The notes under the pieces were generated by a model that saw only the letters and a list, made by a program, of their open reading frames with translations, did no database searches and had not been told where the DNA came from. A stretch of DNA of 64,000 nt from an uncultured Blastochloridaceae bacterium (GTDB taxonomy: Bacteria > Verrucomicrobiota > Verrucomicrobiia > Methylacidiphilales > JBCBYL01): assembly GCA_964351865.1 (NCBI GenBank), contig CAYGPJ010000003.1:73553-137552 (forward strand). Direction: 5' to 3'. The position numbers and the translations under genes were made by a program. Below are positions 18,944 through 27,919 of this stretch, one piece after another. Within the stretch, counting starts at the first letter, position 1. Each line of letters begins with the position of its first letter.

Positions 18944-21072
18944 GTGAATTGGTCATTCAATGGCCGCTGGCCCTGGTGTTGCTGATCGGGATTATTCCTT
19001 TGTGGCGTTTATTGTGGCATGCACGCCGTCAGCGCGAGGAAATGGTGCGACAGTTCGGCGGGAAAGCGGATGGATTGCGACGACTGAAAGATCATTTACG
19101 ACTGGTGGGGATTTTTTTATTGCTACTGGCCTTAGCGCGTCCGGGCATCGATCCGCAACGGCAGTCGGTGGTCAACCTCGGACGGGATGTGGTGTTTGTG
19201 CTGGATGTCTCGCAGAGTATGCTGGCCGAAGATGCGGCGCCCTCGCGGCTGGAAGTCGCTAAGCAGGGGGTGCGGGATGCCCTGAAGAATTTTCAATCGG
19301 CGCGGGTGGGATTGGTGATCTATGCCGGCAGTGCGAATATTCTTTGCCCGTTGACGCACGATTATGATTTTGTGCGATACATGTTGGAACAAGCCACACC
19401 GCGCAGTGTGGATTTTGGCGGAACCCAACTGATCTCAGCGATTGAAAAAACGGTGGATCAGGTATTCAGCGAGGGACGAGCAGGTTATCAGGATATGGTG
19501 CTGCTGACCGATGGGGAAGATCATGCGGCAGAATTTGACCGGATCGCGGATCTACTCAAGCAGGCGGATGCCGGACTGTTGGTAGTGGGAGTCGGAGATG
19601 CCGAGCGGGGGGCGCGAATCCCGGTGGCAGGGGAAGAGGGCAAGCGGGATTGGTTGCGGTATGAAGGTCAGCCGGTAGAGACGAAATTGAACCGTCAATC
19701 GTTACAGCAACTGACCGTAGCTTACCGGGATGCACATTATGAGGAGGTTGGCACGGCACCATTCGATCTCGGGGCCATCTATCTTTCCTATGCGCGGCAG
19801 CGGCCCGCAGGTGGCAGCGATGAGGTGGGAGATACGATTGTGGTTTATCGGGAGGTGGGCTTTTTCCTGTTGTCGCTGGGGTTGAGTTTGTTGTTGCTGG
19901 CGGAATTTGATGTGAAGTCCGGGTGGCGGAAACTGCGGCCAGTGACGGTGATGCTTTTAATCGGGGCACTACTGCTGCCATCCGGATGGGGAGCGGAAGC
20001 TGTCGCCGAGCTGGAGCAATCGGCTAGTTTTGATGAACTCTTTAAGACCGCAGTGACACAACAGCAGCAAGGCAAGCTGGATGCCGCGCTGGAGACCTAT
20101 TACGAAATCCGCGCGAGTTCAATGGAGATACCGCAACAGGAGTTGGCAGTGGTTTACTTTAATATGGGGCTGTGTCGCTTTCAGTTGGCCCACCAGCAAA
20201 AGGAGCTTTCGTCTAGCAATGCGTTAGCGGATGTTCGCGGCGCGCAGTTGTATTTTTTGAAGGCGAAGCAATTAGTGCCGAATTTTGAGCGGGCAGGTCG
20301 CCGATTGGATTCGGTAGCCGTGTTCATGATGAATCTACAAAAGCAGGTGGAAGCCGAGGAAAAGCAGGATGCCGAGTTAAACCAGCGGGTGCAGGAAATG
20401 TTGCAGCAGCTACAACTGCTGGTGGAGGCAGAACAGCTGTTGTTGCAGGAAATTCCGCAACCGGTTCAACGCAGAAAGAAAAATCGCCAGGAAAGCCCGT
20501 TACCGGTGATTGCTGATCCGCCGCAATTTTCCCAATGGCCGCAGCGACAGCAGGCGATGACGCAAACGGGGCTCGAAATTCAGGCGGAGCTAGCTGAGTT
20601 GGATCAACTGACCACGATTGAGATCGAAGGCATGCCGCCGCTTGCCAGCGTTTTTAAGGAACCGCTGTCGCTGATGGAGAATGTGGTCAAGGCACAGCAA
20701 CAGGCAATTGGCGAGTTAACCACCAAAGAGCAGTGGCCGCTAGCACGGCGCGAGCTGTCCACGGCGGTGCGGTTGATGCAGGAAATTTTGCAAATGTTAT
20801 CCAGCCAGAATTCATCTCCTGCAGAAGAAGGTGATGAAGAGGGGGATATGGGGGATGAGGAGTGGGATATGTCTGAATTGGGGGAATCGGATGAGAGCCA
20901 GTCGTCCAGTATGCCGATGAATGGCGATATGGCGCAGACATCCGAAATGCAGCCGTTACCGAAACCGAATTATTTAGCGGAGGAAATTTTAGGCGAAGAG
21001 ATGGAAAATCAGCAGTTTCGTTCACAGAAACGTTCTGCGGCGCAGGCCGGTAAAGTGGAGAAAGACTGGTAA
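18940..21072 (+). CDS. VWA domain protein fused to TPR/coiled-coil region (BatB plus BatC-like)
   Basis: MIDAS motif DVSQSM, a central TM pair, a TPR-like segment, then a Q/E-rich region and acidic tail (EEGDEEGDMGDEEWD). I moved the start to ATG 18940, which forms an ATGA overlap. Confidence 0.8.
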   Translation: MSELVIQWPLALVLLIGIIPLWRLLWHARRQREEMVRQFGGKADGLRRLKDHLRLVGIFLLLLALARPGIDPQRQSVVNLGRDVVFVLDVSQSMLAEDAAPSRLEVAKQGVRDALKNFQSARVGLVIYAGSANILCPLTHDYDFVRYMLEQATPRSVDFGGTQLISAIEKTVDQVFSEGRAGYQDMVLLTDGEDHAAEFDRIADLLKQADAGLLVVGVGDAERGARIPVAGEEGKRDWLRYEGQPVETKLNRQSLQQLTVAYRDAHYEEVGTAPFDLGAIYLSYARQRPAGGSDEVGDTIVVYREVGFFLLSLGLSLLLLAEFDVKSGWRKLRPVTVMLLIGALLLPSGWGAEAVAELEQSASFDELFKTAVTQQQQGKLDAALETYYEIRASSMEIPQQELAVVYFNMGLCRFQLAHQQKELSSSNALADVRGAQLYFLKAKQLVPNFERAGRRLDSVAVFMMNLQKQVEAEEKQDAELNQRVQEMLQQLQLLVEAEQLLLQEIPQPVQRRKKNRQESPLPVIADPPQFSQWPQRQQAMTQTGLEIQAELAELDQLTTIEIEGMPPLASVFKEPLSLMENVVKAQQQAIGELTTKEQWPLARRELSTAVRLMQEILQMLSSQNSSPAEEGDEEGDMGDEEWDMSELGESDESQSSSMPMNGDMAQTSEMQPLPKPNYLAEEILGEEMENQQFRSQKRSAAQAGKVEKDW

Positions 21073-22880
21073 TGAAAGCTGCCGCCTTATTCCTGAGCTC
21101 GCTCATGCTGCTCTCTATGCTGGGTCAAAATCTGACGGCTGAAGAGACCAAGCCGCAAGTGGTTTTGGATTTACAGATCGAGAATGTTTCTTTGTTTGAA
21201 GGCTTGCCTGCACGGGTGGACGTCGTGTTTCCCGAGAATGAGGTGGAGTTAGAAAATATGATGCTGCCGCGGGATACGGACGACATTTCCTTTTTGCGGC
21301 AGGAGGTCACGCAAGTGTTGACTGGTAAGGTGACGGGCACGGAGGTGAGTCTGATGATTTTACCGCGCAAGGCAGGTCTGGTGATGATTCCTGCGCTGAG
21401 TTGGGAAACGGATGTGGCCCTATATCGGACGCAACCGAAACAGGTCAGTATTGGGGGCCTTAAAAAATCGGACGCGATGCAATTGCGCGTCACCCCCGTT
21501 AAGTCGGCAGTGTATGCCGGCGAGCCGTTGCGAGTGGATGTGGAATGGTCGAGTCGCTTGCCGGCAGCATCACTGCGGCAGCTGATTTTTAATCCTTCGT
21601 TTATGCACCGCGCGGGAGTGGAAATGGATATTCCGCGCCAGGACGGGCCGGAGGAGTTGCAGGTGGGACTGCCGGTGGCAGGTCGCCGCATCATTGCACG
21701 GCGTGTGGTGCCGGAGAAATCGGATGAACTGGGTCGGATTCAGTTTTCCATTTATCTAAAATTTAGCGAAGCGGGGGAAGTGGCTTTTGATGCAACGCGG
21801 TTGGAGGTGTTCCGTTTATTAGGATCTGGCGGACGCTTTGCTCCCTATGCCGCTTATTTCAATAATACGCTGTTTGAATCGGTAGCAGCTGACGTAAGGT
21901 GCGAATATCTTTTTGTCGAAGCGGAGCCGTTTCAAATCAATGTGTTGCCCCTGCCGATCCCGGCGACGGGAACAGAACAAGCTTTCAGCGGCTTGTTTGC
22001 TCCTTGCCGATTTGAGACAAAGATCAATACATCGAAGTGCGATGTGGGGCAGCTCATGGAACTGTCCGTGCGGGTGTATTCAGACGCCAGTGCCGGATTT
22101 CTGGAGTTGCCCGACCTCCGCCAGCAGGTCGGCCTGCAGCATCGGTTTTGGGTGGAAAGTGAGCCGCGTCGAATCTGGCATCCGGACGGGGCTGAGTTTA
22201 TTTTCAGGTTTCGCCCGCTGACCACGACGATTCAGGCATTTCCTGCGCTGGGCTTTCAGGTTTTCAATCCGCAATCCGCACGCTATGAATACCTGCAGAC
22301 TTCGGCGATCCCGTTGGAAGTTCTCGAGGTGGACGGTCGGACCTATTTTGAACTGGAACCGGCTAGTATAGAGAAAGCCGGTCTGACGGATCAACCGGAT
22401 GGAATTTGGCATAATGAATCAGCGACTCGAACCAGTGATTTAATGAATACGATCATCAACAGCATGGCAGACGGCTTTTGGCTATGGCTGCTGGTAACGA
22501 CTGGGGTGGCAGCTGCTTTAGTGCCATGGCTGAAAGAACGGCGCCGCCGCGCTATCGACCCGGTTTATGGCGGCCAAGTGAAGGCATATGCCGCATTTTC
22601 CCGTTTGTCGAATAACACGACTCCTGAATCTAAAAGAGCGGCGTTCCGTGCCTATCTGGCTGCATTGGGTCAGAAGTCGGAACGTGCGTACACGGTCGGG
22701 GATGCACGTGAATGGCTGACATCGCATGGCGCCGCCACCGCAGATATCGAGACGGTGATGGATTTATTTCAGCAGGAAGATGCGGCGAAGTTTGACCGCA
22801 AAAAATCAACGATCACTTCGCCGGAACTCGACGCCCTCGCAAAACGAATTTTCAAACCCGTGCAGCAGGAGGTTAAATGA
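21072..22880 (+). CDS. BatD-like protein
   Basis: Signal peptide, a long beta-rich ectodomain, a late TM segment FWLWLLVTTGVAAALVPWL, and the operon position after BatB/C. Confidence 0.7.
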   Translation: MKAAALFLSSLMLLSMLGQNLTAEETKPQVVLDLQIENVSLFEGLPARVDVVFPENEVELENMMLPRDTDDISFLRQEVTQVLTGKVTGTEVSLMILPRKAGLVMIPALSWETDVALYRTQPKQVSIGGLKKSDAMQLRVTPVKSAVYAGEPLRVDVEWSSRLPAASLRQLIFNPSFMHRAGVEMDIPRQDGPEELQVGLPVAGRRIIARRVVPEKSDELGRIQFSIYLKFSEAGEVAFDATRLEVFRLLGSGGRFAPYAAYFNNTLFESVAADVRCEYLFVEAEPFQINVLPLPIPATGTEQAFSGLFAPCRFETKINTSKCDVGQLMELSVRVYSDASAGFLELPDLRQQVGLQHRFWVESEPRRIWHPDGAEFIFRFRPLTTTIQAFPALGFQVFNPQSARYEYLQTSAIPLEVLEVDGRTYFELEPASIEKAGLTDQPDGIWHNESATRTSDLMNTIINSMADGFWLWLLVTTGVAAALVPWLKERRRRAIDPVYGGQVKAYAAFSRLSNNTTPESKRAAFRAYLAALGQKSERAYTVGDAREWLTSHGAATADIETVMDLFQQEDAAKFDRKKSTITSPELDALAKRIFKPVQQEVK

Positions 22881-23776
22881 AGCAGCTGCTCGTATCCCAT
22901 ACCGCAAGAAATGGAACGGTTCGGATTGTAGGCCGAGATTGTATCTCTGCTGGGTTGAATTACCGGGATACCATCCAGGCCCACAGTTGTGCGTCAACTA
23001 TCATGCAAGTTGCAGTTATGACGGTGCTGCTGTTATCTTGTGCCGGCTGGCTCCATGCAGGTGAAACCGATCCAGTGGCAACGTGGGCTGAGGCCGAAGC
23101 GTTGTTCCAACAAGCTGCGCAAGCCGAATCCGGTAGTGCTGGTGCGGTAGCTGCCTATTCGAATGCGGCCTTAAAATTTGAATTCGTGGCACGTGAACAC
23201 TACCGACCGGGGGTTGCCTGGTATAATGCGGGGAACGCCTGGTTTGAAGCAGGAGAGCTAGGGCGCGCTATCGCTGCGTATCTGCATGCCAGAATCTACC
23301 GTCCACTGGATAGCAAAGTGACGGACAGTCTGCAGGTCGCGCGCGCGCTGCGCGTTGAGCGAGTCGAGGATGGAAGCTGGAACCGATTGCTGGACTGGCC
23401 GGTGCGGTGGGTGCAGGCGTTGGTCGTGAGCTTGTTTATTCTGCTGACCGTATTCGTACTGTGTCATATTCGCTACCGGAGTCGCTGGAGCCTGATGACC
23501 ATTGGTGGTTTTGGGTTATGTATTTTGCTAAGTCTGTGCTTGCTGGTGAAAGTGAAAATCACTCAAGGAGAGCAAGGGGTGTTGATTGCTCAAGCGGTGG
23601 AAGCCCGCAAAGGTCCGGGCTATCAATACCAGGCCGCATTTATGGAGCCGCTGCACAACGGTTTGGAGTTTAAGTTGGCTGAAACACGTGGAGACTGGTG
23701 TCGTGTTGCACTGGCTGATGGTCGCGAGGGTTGGATTCCAGCCCGCATGGTGAGGTGGATCCATACGGATCATTGA
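22877..23776 (+). CDS. TPR plus SH3b protein, BatE-like
   Basis: A TPR-like segment (YSNAALKFE...AWYNAGNAWFEAGELGRAIAAY), TM segments, and a C-terminal SH3b-like GDWCRVALADGREGWIPARMV. The alternative start 23003 (MQVAVMTVLLL) gives a cleaner signal. Confidence 0.7.
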   Translation: MKQLLVSHTARNGTVRIVGRDCISAGLNYRDTIQAHSCASTIMQVAVMTVLLLSCAGWLHAGETDPVATWAEAEALFQQAAQAESGSAGAVAAYSNAALKFEFVAREHYRPGVAWYNAGNAWFEAGELGRAIAAYLHARIYRPLDSKVTDSLQVARALRVERVEDGSWNRLLDWPVRWVQALVVSLFILLTVFVLCHIRYRSRWSLMTIGGFGLCILLSLCLLVKVKITQGEQGVLIAQAVEARKGPGYQYQAAFMEPLHNGLEFKLAETRGDWCRVALADGREGWIPARMVRWIHTDH

Positions 23777-23781
23777 TTAAC

Positions 23782-24831
23782 TCATTGAATCAACTTGATG
23801 CGCTCACCGCCATTTTTGGCGGACTGATATATCGCCTGAATCAGGGCAACACTTCGGCGTGCTTCGGCGGCGGAGGTGGAAGGTGCTCGGCCGGCTTGAA
23901 TGGCTGTGACGATTTCTTCGAAGTTGCGTTGGTGTTGCGTGTAGTCAATCGCGCCAGGATCGTTGGCACCGAGTCCAGCTGTCACTCCCTGCATGTATTG
24001 CGAGCGGATCTGTTCGTCGGCTTGGGTTTCGTGCATGAATTCCCAAACTTCAAAGGCTTCATCCGCCAGAAAGACCGAGCCTTCGGTGCCGGAGAGTTGA
24101 ACGCGGGCAGCATGACCGGTTTTCGACCACGTGCAGGTGCTGCCTTCAATAACACCACGGGCACCATTTTCAAATTCCAGCATCGCGACCGCGATGTCCT
24201 CGACTTCGATGTTCTCGTGCGCGAGACATGCGGTGTCGGCCTGGACGCTTTTCACCGGACCGGCAAGGTAGAGGAGTGCGTCGATGGTGTGGATAGACTG
24301 ATTCATCAACGCTCCGCCACCGTCGAGTGCCCAAGTGCCACGCCATGCGCCGGAATCGTAATACGCTTGATCGCGATACCATTTGACGTAAGCGGAGGCG
24401 GAAGTGATTTTACCGAACCGTCCTGCCTCAGTGGCTTGTTTGAAGGCATTCATGCCAGGGTGGAAGCGGCGGTTGAGCACCGCGGCGATAGTCACGCCTT
24501 TGGCTTGAGCGGCAGCTACCATTTGGTCGATACGCTCGGTGGTGATTTCCAGGGGTTTTTCGATAACGACATGCTTACCGGCTTCAATGGCCGCCATAGC
24601 GGGTTCCAAATGAGCGCCGGAGGGCGTGCCGATGGTGACGATGTCGATTTGAGGATCGGCCAGCATGGTTGCCACTGAGTCATACGCTTGGGTGTTGTAT
24701 TGGTCGGCGAAAGCCTGTGTTCGTTCTGGATTGCGATCTGCTGCACCGATGAGTTCGCCGCCCGCCATGGAGGCAATCGCCTGGGCGTGAAACCCCCCGA
24801 TCATTCCTGTTCCTATAATACCAAAGTTCAT
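23782..24831 (-). CDS. Gfo/Idh/MocA-family oxidoreductase (cytoplasmic)
   Basis: MNFGIIGTGMIGGFHA Rossmann motif and the EKP motif VVIEKPL. Confidence 0.85.
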   Translation of the reverse strand: MNFGIIGTGMIGGFHAQAIASMAGGELIGAADRNPERTQAFADQYNTQAYDSVATMLADPQIDIVTIGTPSGAHLEPAMAAIEAGKHVVIEKPLEITTERIDQMVAAAQAKGVTIAAVLNRRFHPGMNAFKQATEAGRFGKITSASAYVKWYRDQAYYDSGAWRGTWALDGGGALMNQSIHTIDALLYLAGPVKSVQADTACLAHENIEVEDIAVAMLEFENGARGVIEGSTCTWSKTGHAARVQLSGTEGSVFLADEAFEVWEFMHETQADEQIRSQYMQGVTAGLGANDPGAIDYTQHQRNFEEIVTAIQAGRAPSTSAAEARRSVALIQAIYQSAKNGGERIKLIQ

Positions 24832-26444
24832 GAGTTAGAATTTCCTGTTGTTAACTGTGATTCATTTTTCAGGAATGAGCGGATGCCGATGATAAAGAGC
24901 ACGACCAGTCCGATCAATCCGAGGAGGGGAAAAACACCTTTCCAGTTATCGCTGTTGGCTTGAAACTTTCCGGTGAGTGCCCAGGCGGAACCGAAGGTGG
25001 CGATGGCGGTGGCGAAACCCATCAGGCTATTCCAGATCCAGCGCGCGCGGCCCTGTGGTCGGTGCTCACCCAGAATTTTTTTGGAGTTCATGATTAGGAA
25101 GAATGTCAGGTAGGCGATCGGGATCAGGGAGCCGCCGATGACGGAGGTGGGGATCGCGAGTGCTGCGGCGGCACCCCCGGTCCAGATAAACGGTCCGGCC
25201 AGTCCGGCTAATCCGGAGACGGTACAGCCGAGGTAGTAAGCCTTTTTATCGCCCGGACGGTTCAGGAGTTCCTGAAAGGCCAATCCGTTCATCAGCATCA
25301 GGATGATGATGGTGGAGAGCGCCATACCGAGCACACCAATGCCGAAGATCGTCTGGGACACGACGTGGCCCGCCAGTGGCTCGAGCGTGGTGGCGAGTTG
25401 AAAGTTGTCGCGTTTGACCAGCATGAGTGCCAGTTCCTGATCCGCTGCGTTAGCGACGACGCTCTGGGATTCGACCAATTTTGCGATGGTGGCTGCTCCC
25501 GCTCCGGGTGGAACGTCAGCGGTTTTGGTGTGGAATTGAGAAGCAGCGGCGATGACCACGCAACTGGTGGCTAGAAAGAAGGGAATAAACAGCCCAATCG
25601 ACAGGTCAAAGATGGAGAGCTCGCGATGAGTGCGGTTCCAGCCTTTTTTGAGCAGCGAGTAGGGCAGCAGCCAGGTCATGTTGATCCCGACGGCGGTGCC
25701 GAATGCGGCGATGATGATGTCGCGCTGGTCGGAGCTGATTTTGGCCTGCCACCATTCCGGAGCAGAGGAGTTGGCGATCAGATCGGTGTAACCGGAGGCA
25801 GGGTTGAAGAGCAGCGAGAGGTTGGGAACCAGTCCTTTGAGAATGCTGCCCCAATTGATGGCTCCGCTGGTGGTGAGGGTGAAGACAACGGCGAAGAACG
25901 AGAGCACGATGATGCCGACGATGATTTTAATGAAGTTGTCGAAAATGCGGGTGCCTTTGCCTTCGGACTGGTAGAGCACATTGATCCAGAAGGCGATTGC
26001 GAAGAGCACGATGCAGATGGCCAGGGTGGAAAGGTGGCTGCTGCCGAGTGCAGGCAGCAGGTTCTGCTGCAGCGCAGCACGGCCTAGGTTGAACTGAGGC
26101 ATGCACCAGACGATGTTGGCCATAACGGTAGCGATCAACCAGGACCAGCCGAGGACGGGTGAGAGGTTCTGGTTGATCAGACCGAAAGGTCGCTTTTCAG
26201 TCGTCAGGGTGACGTAAGCGATGGCGGAGAGCATGATGATCCCGCAGATCATGGCCAGCGGCTGTAGCCACATCAGGCCAAATCCGGCGATCACGCCGAG
26301 ATAGAGGGCCCCGGCTAATGAGCCGCCGCCGAGGGTAATGGCGCCTTGCAACCAGCCGGGACCGGAGAGTTTGGCGTAGCCGATGAATTTACCACCGGCG
26401 GATCGCTGGCGGATTTCTGCGAGAACTTCTGGAGTTGCTTTCAT
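24828..26444 (-). CDS. NRAMP-fold transporter lacking canonical metal-binding motifs
   Basis: GPGWLQGAITLGGGS lies where NRAMPs have ..DPGN.., and GTAVGINMTW lies where ..MPH.. is expected. There are about 11-12 TM segments plus a C-terminal extension. The stop overlaps the start of the downstream oxidoreductase. I moved the start to ATG 26444. Confidence 0.7.
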   Translation of the reverse strand: MKATPEVLAEIRQRSAGGKFIGYAKLSGPGWLQGAITLGGGSLAGALYLGVIAGFGLMWLQPLAMICGIIMLSAIAYVTLTTEKRPFGLINQNLSPVLGWSWLIATVMANIVWCMPQFNLGRAALQQNLLPALGSSHLSTLAICIVLFAIAFWINVLYQSEGKGTRIFDNFIKIIVGIIVLSFFAVVFTLTTSGAINWGSILKGLVPNLSLLFNPASGYTDLIANSSAPEWWQAKISSDQRDIIIAAFGTAVGINMTWLLPYSLLKKGWNRTHRELSIFDLSIGLFIPFFLATSCVVIAAASQFHTKTADVPPGAGAATIAKLVESQSVVANAADQELALMLVKRDNFQLATTLEPLAGHVVSQTIFGIGVLGMALSTIIILMLMNGLAFQELLNRPGDKKAYYLGCTVSGLAGLAGPFIWTGGAAAALAIPTSVIGGSLIPIAYLTFFLIMNSKKILGEHRPQGRARWIWNSLMGFATAIATFGSAWALTGKFQANSDNWKGVFPLLGLIGLVVLFIIGIRSFLKNESQLTTGNSNS

Positions 26445-26467
26445 AAATGGTAATGGGTTAATTTCGT

Positions 26468-27118
26468 CTATCGGAGTTTCCGTATCATCACGTTGCGGAA
26501 CCAGACTTCGTCTTTGTGATCCTGTAGTAAGATGGGACCGGACCAACTGCCGAAGCCTTCATGTGCTGCGTATTTACTGTCGGAGAAGCGTTGTTGCCAG
26601 TCGGGGGATCCATAGGTGACCGAGACGACTTTTTCACCGTTGAGCCAATGTTCAATCTGGTTGCCCTGAACTCGAATGAGCCCCTTATTCCATTCACCCG
26701 GCGGGAAGAGGGGTTTCGTGTCCGGAGCGGCTGCCAGATCATAGAGCGCGGCGGAGCGACGTGAGGCTTTCTGACGGTCGGGGTGTTTTTCATCATCCAG
26801 AATCTGGTATTCCAGTCCAAGTTTCCCCCGTGTGCGGTATTTGATTCCACTGTTGCCAGCGGTTGATATTTTCCATTCGAACTGCAGTTCGAAATTGAGG
26901 TAATGCTGGCGGGTGACAATATTTCCGGCTTTTAACCCCTGGCGGTGGACGACTCCATTTTGAATGCTCCAGCCCGCCCCGACCTCATTCTGGTCCAGTT
27001 GCTGCCACAGTGCAAAGGTGTCATCCGGGAAAAGAGGAGTCCATGCTTCCGCGCCTGCGTTGAGTGGGGAGGTGGCACTCAGTCCCAGCAGTAAACTAAA
27101 AATGAAACAAACGCGCAT
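26468..27118 (-). CDS. DUF1080 (3-keto-disaccharide hydrolase family) protein, secreted
   Basis: Signal MRVCFIFSLLLGLSATSPLNA and C-terminal LLQDHKDEVWFRNVMIRKL, typical of DUF1080. Confidence 0.85.
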   Translation of the reverse strand: MRVCFIFSLLLGLSATSPLNAGAEAWTPLFPDDTFALWQQLDQNEVGAGWSIQNGVVHRQGLKAGNIVTRQHYLNFELQFEWKISTAGNSGIKYRTRGKLGLEYQILDDEKHPDRQKASRRSAALYDLAAAPDTKPLFPPGEWNKGLIRVQGNQIEHWLNGEKVVSVTYGSPDWQQRFSDSKYAAHEGFGSWSGPILLQDHKDEVWFRNVMIRKLR

Positions 27119-27130
27119 GGGGAGGGCAGA

Positions 27131-27886
27131 TTACTTAAGCTCTTTAACTTTGATGTTTCGAAAGTGGACGGTGCCTTTGGAGCCGGAGTGAATTTGCAGG
27201 CTGAAGAAGCCTGCAAGATATCCGTCATTCTCGATGTAATATGCGGCGGGAACGCCATTGATCCATGTCTTAACTTCCTGACCGACGGCCCGGACGGTGA
27301 TGCGATTCCAGTCGTCTTGCTTGAGAGCGGCCCGTGCCTCCTGGTGGGCATCCAGCCAGAGTGGGTAGATCCACCCGCTGTAGCCTTGGCCGTAAATTCC
27401 CCCCGACCACTTGCGCTTTCCGTCATGGCCCTCAAAGCCTTCCATCTCGGCTTGGGGACCTGCTGCCGTATCAGCATCGTTTTGAGGTTTACGCTTTCCT
27501 CGAAAGATGACACCCGAGTTGCCATCCACTTCCCACTTTAATTCAGCGGTGAAAATAAAATCGCTGTAGTCTGCTTTGTCAGTGGACAGGTAGGTGCTGG
27601 GGGAACCTTTGACGCAGGTGCCCACAATCGCTTCACCGCGCGCTTCGAAGGTGCAGTCGCCACCCAGCGGAGTCCAGCCGTCCAGATTTTTGCCGTTATA
27701 GAGGCTTACAAAACCTTGGGTCAGGTCAGGTTCGGGATCCGAATTGATCAGGGCATCTGCAGGCGCAATAATGGAACTCTGATGTTTGTATTTTTCGATA
27801 AACGGTTGCTGGTCTTCCGATATTTGGTTGGCGTAGGAGGCCGAAACGGATGCCAGTAGGATAGTGAACAGGGCGGTAGTTTTCAT
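27131..27886 (-). CDS. DUF1080 (3-keto-disaccharide hydrolase family) protein, secreted
   Basis: Signal MKTTALFTILLASVSASYA and C-terminal FSLQIHSGSKGTVHFRNIKVKEL. Confidence 0.85.
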   Translation of the reverse strand: MKTTALFTILLASVSASYANQISEDQQPFIEKYKHQSSIIAPADALINSDPEPDLTQGFVSLYNGKNLDGWTPLGGDCTFEARGEAIVGTCVKGSPSTYLSTDKADYSDFIFTAELKWEVDGNSGVIFRGKRKPQNDADTAAGPQAEMEGFEGHDGKRKWSGGIYGQGYSGWIYPLWLDAHQEARAALKQDDWNRITVRAVGQEVKTWINGVPAAYYIENDGYLAGFFSLQIHSGSKGTVHFRNIKVKELK

Positions 27887-27919
27887 AAATCGATGAATAG
27901 GGGGTATCTGGTTGTCGGG

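Noticed and set aside
23731-24678. 315-aa plus-strand ORF overlapping the 23782-24831 oxidoreductase
   Set aside because: It is antisense to a clear Gfo/Idh/MocA gene and Gly/Arg-rich in composition, so I treat it as a shadow ORF. The same reasoning applies to 31290-31922(+), 50205-50837(+), 25626-26087(+) and other long antisense ORFs in the track.
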